Part shown: positions 1 to 8,034 of the stretch, piece by piece | How the letters are laid out: each line of letters begins with the position of its first letter | Numbering within the stretch: position 1 is the stretch's first letter | NCBI GenBank assembly: GCA_963803435.1 | Contig: CAWDML010000003.1 | Coordinates: 864,001 to 928,000, forward strand | From: an uncultured delta proteobacterium | GTDB taxonomy: Bacteria; Myxococcota; Kuafuiibacteriia; Kuafuiibacteriales; Kuafuiibacteriaceae | Direction: 5' to 3' | Length of the DNA stretch: 64,000 bases | Position numbers and translations under genes: made by a program | Notes under the pieces: generated by a model | The model's database searches: none | Seen by the model: only the letters and a program-made list of their open reading frames with translations | Told to the model about the DNA's origin: nothing

Positions 1-421
1 CGGAGCCGCAGGCGCCGAGGAATCCGCCCCCGAAGCCCTTCGCACCGCCGATGCCAATCCGCTCGCCGCCCGGGAGCGCGACGATCGCTGCCTCGCCCTC
101 GAGGACGGTGACGCCGATGTCTTCGAGGAGCGCGCGGATCACGGTCTCCTCGCCCGAGTGATAGTCGTGATTGCCGAGCACGGCGAACACGGGCACCTCA
201 ATCCCGGAGAGCTCGCCTGCGAGGATCGAGGCCTCGGCCCGGTCGCCGTGCTGGGTCAGATCGCCGGCGAGCAGGAGGACGTCGGCGTGCTCGGCGAGCC
301 CCTCGAAGGCCGGCCGGATCTTGCCGGAGTGGTCGAGGCCCACGTGGAGATCACCGACGGCGGCGATTCGGGCTAGTGGAGGCGCTCCGGCTCGGGCGGT
401 TGATCGAAGGTCAGAACCCAT
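1..421 (-). CDS. Calcineurin-like metallophosphoesterase (runs off the window edge, 3' part missing)
   Basis: Own translation of the minus strand from ATG 421: MGSDLRSTARAGAPPLARIAAVGDLHVG...LLLAGDLTQHG...VLGNHDYH. Shows the GDLH, GD and GNHD metallophosphoesterase motifs. Not in the supplied ORF track. Confidence 0.88.
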   Translation of the reverse strand, partial: MGSDLRSTARAGAPPLARIAAVGDLHVGLDHSGKIRPAFEGLAEHADVLLLAGDLTQHGDRAEASILAGELSGIEVPVFAVLGNHDYHSGEETVIRALLEDIGVTVLEGEAAIVALPGGERIGIGGAKGFGGGFLGACGS

Positions 422-630
422 AGCCGATTGACCACCTCCATCCCCTCGGGGGCGAGCTCTCTCGCGACCAACTCCGCGGCCTCGCGCCGCTCGACGGTCT
501 CGACGGCGCCGATCAGGTACAGATTGCTCGACACGATCTCGACCTGGATTCCCAGGAGGCAGCTCCTCCGATCCTCGGCGAGGGCCTGCGCGACGTGACC
601 GGTCAGATAGTTGATGCACTCGCGATGCAC
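373..630 (-). CDS. Small BON-domain-like protein
   Basis: 85 aa; pattern 'ALAED...GIQVEIVSSNLYLIGAVETVERREAAELVARE...VVNRL' matches the BON fold layout; sits between the nucleotidyltransferase and the phosphoesterase. Confidence 0.7.
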   Translation of the reverse strand: MHRECINYLTGHVAQALAEDRRSCLLGIQVEIVSSNLYLIGAVETVERREAAELVARELAPEGMEVVNRLWVLTFDQPPEPERLH

Positions 631-639
631 GGGTCCTCC

Positions 640-1296
640 TCACCGCCCATAGACGTCCTCGAACAGTCGCCGGATGATCTCGTTCGGTACGAACAGATCG
701 AGCGAATGGGCGTAGATCAACAGGCTCAACACACGGCGCGGCGCGCGTAGGGCGCGAGACTGGAGATAGTCCCAGTCGATGTGTCCGCCCGCGATCAGAC
801 CGAGCGCGTCGTGCCAGTGGCGGGGGCCGCACTCGTCGTGCACGACCGCCTTCATGATCAGGAGATCCTCAGGCGGAATCATACGCACGCGCATGCCGTG
901 AAGGCGGGTGTCCACCACGCGCTCGAGCATCTCCGGATCGAGATAGATCCCCCCGGTGGAGCGAAAGATCACGTCGACCATTACGCCGTGCTTGAAGGCC
1001 TTGTAGATCCAATGATGGTCGGTCAGCTCGGTGCGAAAGTCGCGCTTGGCGAGGACCGCCAGCGTGCGCTCTGCGTCCTCGGGGCGGACCAGGATGTCGA
1101 TGTCGTGCGTCCATCGAGGGCGGCCGAAGCCTGCCGATGCGATGCCGCCGATCACCGCATACGGGAGCGCGGCCGACTCGAGCGCCTCCCCGACCTCACC
1201 GAGCACCTTGGCCATCAGCTCTTGATTGGGTCGTTCGTCTCCCTCCGTCCGAACGGCTTGCACCCCACCGTCATGGGCGGTGACCTCGGCTGGCAT
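640..1296 (-). CDS. Nucleotidyltransferase (Pol-beta superfamily)
   Basis: 'VIGGIASAGFGRPRWTHDIDILV' = GG...DxD motif, third Asp in 'MVDVIF'; ATG 1296 chosen because it follows a sigma54-type promoter. Confidence 0.82.
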   Translation of the reverse strand: MPAEVTAHDGGVQAVRTEGDERPNQELMAKVLGEVGEALESAALPYAVIGGIASAGFGRPRWTHDIDILVRPEDAERTLAVLAKRDFRTELTDHHWIYKAFKHGVMVDVIFRSTGGIYLDPEMLERVVDTRLHGMRVRMIPPEDLLIMKAVVHDECGPRHWHDALGLIAGGHIDWDYLQSRALRAPRRVLSLLIYAHSLDLFVPNEIIRRLFEDVYGR

Positions 1297-1308
1297 GGAT
1301 CGCTCGGT

Positions 1309-1324
1309 TGCAAGCGGCACACCA
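1309..1324 (-). promoter_or_regulatory. Putative sigma54 (-24/-12) promoter
   Basis: TGGTGTGCCGCTTGCA on minus strand: GG-N10-GC with TTGCA; ATG 14 nt after the -12 C. Confidence 0.6.
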
Positions 1325-1485
1325 CGGATCGGCCGGCGAGGGGACGCCGATCGCGAGGGGCGGGTGCCGCGCTTTTCCCCAGTGTGTCATCGCGACAATG
1401 TGAATCACTGCGCAACGCTTCGGTGTGCGCGCCGATAACATCTCAGGCTCGCCGCCGTGCGGAGGTCGGGTCGGAACGACCGTAG

Positions 1486-2835
1486 ATGTCTGTCGGCGCC
1501 GCAAGCTCTTCCTACGAACGCCGACGGATCGGTGAGGCCCCGCCCCTGGAGAAGGCGCCCACCACACTCCCGGCTCCCGAGCCACCGCCGCCGCCCCACG
1601 CGCCGCGGCCGGCCCGGAGGAAGGGTGTCTTCATGCACGCGGTCGGCGCCCTGTTCGGCCGGCGCAACGTCGGCATCGCGGTGGTCGGCGCGCTCATGGG
1701 GACCTTGGTCGGCGATACGCCCGCCATGACCGGGCGCGGCCCGCCGCCGACCGAGATCCGGATCGAGCAGAGCGTCCCGCACCGCGAGGCGTCCTACGTG
1801 GCCGGTGCCGTGCGGCAGGCGTCGCGCGCGCTGGCGCCCCTCGGGATCGATCAGTTGGACGTGCTCCGCTCGATGACCAGCGCGTCGATCTCGGTCGATG
1901 TCGACGGCGACCACCTCCTCCAGGAACCCGGCTCCTCGGGGCTGGAGATCCGCGCCGGCACCCGGATCACCGCCCGCGTCTCGCACACGGGCTTCCAGGT
2001 CACCGCCAACCCCGGCTTTCCTTGGCGCCTCCAGGGGGCGCCGGATCCGGACATCGAGGCGCTCTCCTACGACTTTGCGACGGCGCGCTTCGACGTCACG
2101 GCCTCGGGCTGGGGCCCGGACGCGATCTACGAGTACCTCGCGACCACGCAGGCGAACGAGGGCCTGGTGTCGCAGCTGCCGTCCGAGATGCAGCGTCCGG
2201 GCTTCGATCTCTGGAAGGATCCACAGATCGAGCGCCACCTCCAGACGGTGATCGATCTGCTCCGCTCCGCAGATCCCGGCACGGGCGACCAGCAGGTCGG
2301 CCGCGGCCTCTCGTCATTGAGCGTGTCGCTGTCGTTCGCCGTGCCGCACCGGGCGATCATTCCGCTCCCGGACAGCGACTATTCGGCCGAGGTGAAGGAG
2401 GGGACGTGGATCGATCTCTCGGCGAGCTTCTCGGGCCCGCTCGACGGGTCGCGCCTCGAGTCGATCACGGTGAGGTTCAGCCGTCCCCTCGAGGTGTCGC
2501 CCGGGCGCGCGCACGACAGCATGCTGCGGAAGATGGACGTCCATTCGGTCACCCTCTCCGAGGGCGGGCAGATCGATCTGGACTACGAGCTGGGTCCCGA
2601 GCAGGTGTTCGACGGCGTGCGGGCGCTGGTCGCGCTCTTTGCGATGGCCGCCGAGCACCGCCCCGTCGATCTCTCCTTCGAGCGCACCCGTATGGAGCGG
2701 CTGCGGGCCCGGGTGCAGGCGCAGATCGACGGCGAGGCCGAGCCGAAGCTGGCCCAGCTCTTGAGGAGCCACGACTCTGCGATTCCCGGGGTCTCGCTGG
2801 TGCGCCTGTTCGGGCTCGATCGCGGCGTGCCGTAG
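1486..2835 (+). CDS. Hypothetical protein (Pro-rich N-terminus, one hydrophobic segment, beta-rich body)
   Basis: 449-aa ORF with GC-typical codon pattern; no family motif recognised. Confidence 0.65.
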   Translation: MSVGAASSSYERRRIGEAPPLEKAPTTLPAPEPPPPPHAPRPARRKGVFMHAVGALFGRRNVGIAVVGALMGTLVGDTPAMTGRGPPPTEIRIEQSVPHREASYVAGAVRQASRALAPLGIDQLDVLRSMTSASISVDVDGDHLLQEPGSSGLEIRAGTRITARVSHTGFQVTANPGFPWRLQGAPDPDIEALSYDFATARFDVTASGWGPDAIYEYLATTQANEGLVSQLPSEMQRPGFDLWKDPQIERHLQTVIDLLRSADPGTGDQQVGRGLSSLSVSLSFAVPHRAIIPLPDSDYSAEVKEGTWIDLSASFSGPLDGSRLESITVRFSRPLEVSPGRAHDSMLRKMDVHSVTLSEGGQIDLDYELGPEQVFDGVRALVALFAMAAEHRPVDLSFERTRMERLRARVQAQIDGEAEPKLAQLLRSHDSAIPGVSLVRLFGLDRGVP

Positions 2836-2878
2836 CGCGGATCACGGCAGGCGCTCCCGGAATGCGTCACGAGGAGGG

Positions 2879-4145
2879 ATGGGCCGCCTTCCGCGCCTCC
2901 TGACTGGGCTGATCGCCCTCGTGGCACCGCGCGCGGGCGAGGCCGCCTCACTTCGGGTCCTGGTCAAGACGGTCCGCTCTGCGCCGGAGCTGGCGACGGA
3001 GGCGATGCATCTCACGGAGTCGCTCCTGGTGGCGCTCGGCAAGCGCGACGGGGTCACGGTGATCGGCGACGCCGAGCTGGATCTCTTGCTCGCGCACGAG
3101 GGGGACAAGCGCGATCTCGAGGCGTGCACGCAGGAGGCGTCGTGCCTGGCGAAGCTCGAGACGGTGGTCGACGCGGAGAAGATGATGACGACGCAGCTCG
3201 CGCGCTGGGGCGATGCGTATCTGGTCACGGTCTCACTGTCCGATCTGCGCTCGGCTTCGCTCGAGCGTGGTGAGAGCTGTCAGGGCGAGACCGTCGAGGA
3301 GGTGGAGCGCTGCGGCACCGAGCTGGCGGGCGCGCTTCTGGGCGGGAAGCTGGCGGGGACCGATGCGTTCAAGCTCGCGGAGGGCCGCCTCGAGGTGGCG
3401 GTCCTGGATCTGGAGGCGTATGGCGCAGGCGCTGAGCTCGCCAAGAACCTCACCCAGCTCCTGGCGCTCGAGCTGAAGAAGATCGACGGCCTGTCCGTGA
3501 TCAGCCGCGACGAGGTGGCAGCCGCGCTGGCCTACGAGGTGGACCGACAGGTGGTCACGTGCACCAGTGACGTGTCGTGCTTGATCGAGATCGGCGGGGC
3601 CCTCGGCGTGGAGTCCTTGGTGATGGGCGCCGTGGGCAAGCTCGGCGAGACCTTCGTGATCCACCTGAAGCTCCTGCGCGCGGAGACGGGCGAGGTGCTG
3701 CACCGGGTCTCGGAGTCGTATCGAGGACCCGAGCGGCATCTCGGGCAGGCGCTCCGCTTCGCCGTCCGGCACCTGATCGGGCGGCGGCTCGAGGGCACCG
3801 GCGAGCTCTCGCTGGCGCTCGACGCGGACGGCGCCTCCTTGTCGATCGACGGGGCCGCCGCGCATCCCTTGGGCGCCGGCGCGCCGCCTGCGACGGTCTC
3901 CGCAGGAAAGCATACGCTGGTGCTGGCGGCGCCCGACTTTCATCGGCTCTCGGAGGAGTTCTACGTCGAGCCCGGAGCGACCACCACGCTCCACCCGGAG
4001 CTCGTCCCGCTCCCGCGGGCCTGGTACCGCCAGTGGTGGCCCTGGGCGATCATCGGCGCCGCCGTCGCCGCCGCCGTGACGACGTCGATCGTGCTCGGCG
4101 TCGACGCGCCCGAGAATGGTCGTGTCGACGTCCAGATCGAATCGA
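2879..4145 (+). CDS. PEGA-domain protein with two TolB-N/CsgG-like repeats and a C-terminal TM anchor (no stop at the expected end; frame stays open to 4606)
   Basis: Signal peptide; two 'C...SCL..(L/I)' alpha/beta repeats; PEGA-like 'ASLSIDG...VSAGKHTLVLAAPDF'; 'WYRQWWPWAIIGAAVAAAV' TM typical of myxobacterial PEGA proteins. Confidence 0.7.
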
Positions 4146-4229
4146 CCGACGCTGTCCGCTTCGTCCGGCAATTTGTCCGGATTCCGGACGACCTTTCGGA
4201 CGATCCCGTTCTCTTCCCGATGAAACGCT

Positions 4230-4245
4230 TGGCCCGGAGTCTGCT
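4230..4245 (+). promoter_or_regulatory. Putative sigma54 promoter
   Basis: TGGCCCGGAGTCTGCT (GG-N10-GC); ATG 4259 is 15 nt after the -12 C; nested inverted repeat upstream at 4161-4203. Confidence 0.55.
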
Positions 4246-4258
4246 TTTCGGGTGGCCG

Positions 4259-4606
4259 ATGAAGGAGCAACTCGACTGGCTCGCCGATCAGCTGATCCAG
4301 ACCCTCTGCGCTCGCGACCCCGAGATCGCCGAAGGATTCGTACGCACCGTGGGACCGCCCGGCTATCGGCGCCTCGACTACCGCAATCGCGCGCTCGCTT
4401 ACGTCCGCAGCCGGCCGAAGAAGGCCATCGTCCGGATCGACGTGCCCGGGATCTGGCGCGGGCCGCTGACGTGCAGCCTCTCCATGGCGAGCGCCAACGG
4501 ATGGGCGCTCGCGCTCCGGACGGAGCACGACGTCCCCGAGGCGGTGCAGGCGATCCTGACGGCGGTCGAGCACGAGCGGCTGCGGCGCGGCTGGTCCTCG
4601 CGGTAG
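4259..4606 (+). CDS. Hypothetical 115-aa alpha/beta protein
   Basis: MKEQLDWLADQLIQ...; separable C-terminal part of ORF 2879..4606 with its own promoter-like element. Confidence 0.6.
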   Translation: MKEQLDWLADQLIQTLCARDPEIAEGFVRTVGPPGYRRLDYRNRALAYVRSRPKKAIVRIDVPGIWRGPLTCSLSMASANGWALALRTEHDVPEAVQAILTAVEHERLRRGWSSR

Positions 4607-4689
4607 GGGGGGCGCTCGCAGACCGGGGGGCTCCGTCGCTCCGGACGCGCCCGTCCTGTCCAGCCGGACGGCCACGCGCGGCTGAGAAG

Positions 4690-4705
4690 TGGTCTCCAGT
4701 TTGCT
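4690..4705 (+). promoter_or_regulatory. Putative sigma54 promoter
   Basis: TGGTCTCCAGTTTGCT (GG-N10-GC, TTGCT); ATG 4718 is 14 nt after the -12 C. Confidence 0.6.
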
Positions 4706-4717
4706 CTGCGATCCCGC

Positions 4718-5812
4718 ATGCGATTCGACGTCAGGAACGACCTCCGTGCCGCCAGCTTCCTGTCCGCCCTCGGATTCGATCCGCGGCAGGTCATGCGGAG
4801 CCTCTACGAGCGTCCAACGGACGGGCTCGCGGAGCTCGGCGATGCCTTCGACAACACCAGCGCCGCCCTCGGTCCGGCGGGTCTCGCCAGCCTGCTGCAG
4901 CGGGGCAACGTCGGGTCGGGCCTGGCGATGCCGTTCCCGGGGCTGCTCGACGGGCGGGCGCGTTCGCGGGGCTGGGCCGCGCCGGAGAGCGGCTTCGAGC
5001 CGGAGCAGTTTCCCCCCGGATCGGCCGGCCGTCGCCTGGCCCGGTTCTTCCGCGACGATCCGTTCGCGCGGCAGCAGATCGAGCGCCAGCTCGGCGGGCG
5101 GATCGTCCCCAGCAGCCTTTCGCCCGCCGGCTTCAGCGTGCAGCAGTTCGCCCCCGGGGCCTTTCCGGGCGGGGGCGTCGGCAATCAGGCCGCCTCGCAG
5201 GCCTACGCGATGCTCGGCGCCCTCGATCGCGCGGGGGCCTACGCCCAAAACCCCTTCCAGACGATGATGATGGGCGCGCTCGGCCAGATGGCGCTGGCGC
5301 AGGTTCAGCAGCAACAGCAGCAGCAACAGCAGCAGCAGCAGCAGAACCAGATCTTCTCGCCGTCGGACTTCCTCGATCTGAACCCCGACGGTACGCCCCG
5401 CGGCGGCACCGCCAACGCGTTCACCAGCGTCCCCGGGATCCCTTCACCGACGCAGGGTCTGTTCGGGATCGGCGCAGGCGGCGATACGGGCGCGATCATG
5501 AGCGATCCCGGGCTGACGGTGGAGGACAAGGTCACGCTTCTGATCATGCAGATCATGAAGAAGATGGACCAGGACATCGAGGCGCAGGCGAACTACATCA
5601 ATTCGCTCCAGCAGCAGCAGAACGGCGGCGGCGGGAAGGGCGGTAAGGGTGGCAAGGGCGGTGCCGGCGGCGGAGCGCCCTCCATCGACGTCGAGACGAT
5701 GAAGCTGAAGCGCCTCATCGACAAGCGCAGTCAGATGTTCGACATGCTCCGGCAGATCATCGACAAGTACAACCAGACCGCCAAGGGCATCATCGACTCG
5801 ATGGGTCGCTGA
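4718..5812 (+). CDS. Gln/Gly-rich protein with a helical-hairpin C-terminus resembling T3SS needle/rod subunits
   Basis: 364 aa, Q13 tract, GGK repeats, ends 'KLKRLIDKRSQMFDMLRQIIDKYNQTAKGIIDSMGR'; no Sec signal. Confidence 0.65.
   Translation: MRFDVRNDLRAASFLSALGFDPRQVMRSLYERPTDGLAELGDAFDNTSAALGPAGLASLLQRGNVGSGLAMPFPGLLDGRARSRGWAAPESGFEPEQFPPGSAGRRLARFFRDDPFARQQIERQLGGRIVPSSLSPAGFSVQQFAPGAFPGGGVGNQAASQAYAMLGALDRAGAYAQNPFQTMMMGALGQMALAQVQQQQQQQQQQQQQNQIFSPSDFLDLNPDGTPRGGTANAFTSVPGIPSPTQGLFGIGAGGDTGAIMSDPGLTVEDKVTLLIMQIMKKMDQDIEAQANYINSLQQQQNGGGGKGGKGGKGGAGGGAPSIDVETMKLKRLIDKRSQMFDMLRQIIDKYNQTAKGIIDSMGR
5306..5344 (+). repeat. CAG/CAA trinucleotide tract (polyGln, 13 codons)
   Basis: cagcagcaacagcagcagcaacagcagcagcagcagcag read directly. 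Confidence 0.95.
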
Positions 5813-5931
5813 AAGTACGACCTCCGCCCCGAGGACGACCCGCCTCATTGTGCTGTCTCCCGCGCCTCGCTTTCCGGGCGCGCTGGACCCGCGGTCGTGA
5901 CACGCGCGCGCGTGCACGGTAGTCCCGACCC

Positions 5932-7254
5932 GTGCTCCTCTGGCTGCTGGCCGCCACGTCGACCGCGACGTTCGGCGCGCACGGCTTTGTCCTCGATCGG
6001 AGCGGCCGATATACGTCGGTGCATCTCGACGCCGAGGACCGCGCGGTGGCCGCCGGCTTCAGTAAGGGCGCGGCGATCCTCGATCGGTATCTCCAGGACG
6101 GCGCGCGCGACCCCACGTTCTGGCGGGACAGCGCGGTGGTCGACGCGCCCGGGCGCGATCGGTTCCTCGACGTCACGGTCGATGGGGCCGGCTGGATCCT
6201 CGCCGCCGGCCAGCAGGATCGGCGAGGGTTGATCGCTCGGTTCCTCCCCGACGGCCAGCCCGATCGCAGCTTCGGCGAGCTCGGGCTGGTGATCGGCCGG
6301 GACGGAGGCGCGTTCCTCCACGAGCGGGGCGGCGAGTCGAGCGATCGCTTCGACTCGGTCGACGTCGACTCGCGGGGACGGATCGTGGTGGCGGGCGTCG
6401 CCGCCGGGTTCCGGCCCTCACGGTGGAGCGAAACCTTCCTGTGCCGCTGGTTCGATCTCAAGCTGTGCTGGTCCTTCGAGGAGACGACGCTGGTGGCGCG
6501 CTTTCTCGCAGATGGACGCCTCGATCATACGTTTGCGGGCAGCGGATACGTGCTCGGGCGCGGCGGCGCGCGCTGGCACGTGGGCCCGCACGACGAGCTG
6601 CTTCAGGCTGTCGTGCTCGAGGGCGATCGGATCGCGGCCGCGGGTTGGGCCTCCGGCGAGACCTACGACGACGAGCGCACGATCGTGGTGCGCTATCTCG
6701 AGGACGGTTCGCTCGATCCAGCGTTCGGTTCCGGCGGCGCGGTGGTGAGCCGGCCCGAGTCCTTCGCAGGCGGCGCCAAGGAGGTCCTCTACGGCCTCAC
6801 GCGCGACGGCGATCGGCTCGTCACCTGCGGGTTCTCGTTCGATCGTTCGCACCACATCCGGGCGCTCCTCGAGACCTACGACGCGGCTGGGACATTGATC
6901 GGGCACGCCCTCACCGATGCAAGACAGCTGGCAGACTCCGACATCGAGGACTACGTGAAGTGCGCGGTCGACGCGAAGGGGAGGGTGGTCGGCGTCGGCT
7001 TCACCGACGATGACTGGTCGTACGGAGACGAGCCCGACCGCGCCTTGATCGGCCGTCACCGTGCGGACGGCGCCCTCGACGGCAGCTTCAGCAGCTACCA
7101 GGACGGGCGATCCATCTTCGCCGTGACGAAGAACGATGGCTTCTACGATCTGGCGCTGGACGCCTCGGGTCGTGTCTGGGCGGTGGGCTCGGCGAGCGGT
7201 CGGACGCTGATCGCGCGCTTCCGCGACGATCTGACGCTCGACGGATCCCGCTGA
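5932..7254 (+). CDS. Secreted delta-60 repeat (beta-propeller) protein
   Basis: Signal peptide; repeated 'ARFL.DG.LD..F...G' units (RDPTF, PDRSFG, LDHTFAG, LDPAFGSGG, LDGSF). Confidence 0.8.
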   Translation: MLLWLLAATSTATFGAHGFVLDRSGRYTSVHLDAEDRAVAAGFSKGAAILDRYLQDGARDPTFWRDSAVVDAPGRDRFLDVTVDGAGWILAAGQQDRRGLIARFLPDGQPDRSFGELGLVIGRDGGAFLHERGGESSDRFDSVDVDSRGRIVVAGVAAGFRPSRWSETFLCRWFDLKLCWSFEETTLVARFLADGRLDHTFAGSGYVLGRGGARWHVGPHDELLQAVVLEGDRIAAAGWASGETYDDERTIVVRYLEDGSLDPAFGSGGAVVSRPESFAGGAKEVLYGLTRDGDRLVTCGFSFDRSHHIRALLETYDAAGTLIGHALTDARQLADSDIEDYVKCAVDAKGRVVGVGFTDDDWSYGDEPDRALIGRHRADGALDGSFSSYQDGRSIFAVTKNDGFYDLALDASGRVWAVGSASGRTLIARFRDDLTLDGSR

Positions 7255-7264
7255 CCCTCGCCGA

Positions 7265-8032
7265 TCACACGCCGAGAACGCCAAAGTCGCGGGCGAGCAC
7301 CGAACGCCAGGCCGCTTCGTCTGCGACGGGGTGCTCGGTGCGCACGCTCCCCTCCGTCACGATGAGCTGGCGATCGCGGAGGGTCACCCGTCCGATCGGC
7401 GTAAGCCGTGTGATCACCCGCTTCTGGGTGAAGTGCGATTGGGGGGAGGTCTGGTGATACGCGCACCTCTGCTGGAAGTCGGCCATCGATCGAGGCTCCT
7501 CGGTGAACGCGTACTGATCCGAGAAGTCGGCCGCGCCGGCCGCCCGCGACGCGTAGATCAGTGACCCCTCGCGGCGGGTCACGCGGTGTGCCTCGAGCCG
7601 CTGCTGCACTGGGCGGTCGTCGTCGATATCGAGCGGCCGGACGAAGGCTTCGCCGAACCCAACGTCCACGAGCCACCGCCCCTCGCAGGCCACCAGCAAC
7701 GCCAGGTGATCGTGCGGCGGACTCAGCGCCCCGCCGGCGCCGAACACGCGCGCGGAGACCCGCGAGGTCGGATAGCCCATCGCCTCCAGCAAGCGCGCGA
7801 AGAGGCCGTTGAGCTCGTAGCAGAAGCCGCCGCGGCGGCGGGTCACGATCTTGTCGAAGAGCGAGGCCTCTTCGAGCACGATCGGCTCACCCCGGTGGAT
7901 GTCGAGGTTCTCGAACGGCACGGCCAGCAGGTGGGCCTCCTGGAGCTCGGCGAGCGCCTGCGGCGAGGGCACGCGGGCGCCTCGGTAGGCGATGCGATCC
8001 AGGTAGCGCTCGATGTCGAAGGGCGGGCCCAT
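7265..8032 (-). CDS. Arylamine N-acetyltransferase
   Basis: PFENL, RGGFCYELN (catalytic Cys), DHLAL (His), VDVGFG (Asp); start ATG 8032. Confidence 0.93.
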   Translation of the reverse strand: MGPPFDIERYLDRIAYRGARVPSPQALAELQEAHLLAVPFENLDIHRGEPIVLEEASLFDKIVTRRRGGFCYELNGLFARLLEAMGYPTSRVSARVFGAGGALSPPHDHLALLVACEGRWLVDVGFGEAFVRPLDIDDDRPVQQRLEAHRVTRREGSLIYASRAAGAADFSDQYAFTEEPRSMADFQQRCAYHQTSPQSHFTQKRVITRLTPIGRVTLRDRQLIVTEGSVRTEHPVADEAAWRSVLARDFGVLGV

Positions 8033-8034
8033 GC

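Noticed and set aside
640-1296. CBASS or AbiE/MNT-HEPN defence system
   Set aside because: No CD-NTase-length C-terminal lobe, Cap effector, AbiEi or HEPN partner visible; downstream context is cut by the window edge
1383-1420. CRP/FNR-like site (TGTGTCATCGCGACAA; TGTGAATCAC)
   Set aside because: Only partial match, or wrong spacing relative to TGTGA-N6-TCACA; TGTC-N5-GACA is too short to call
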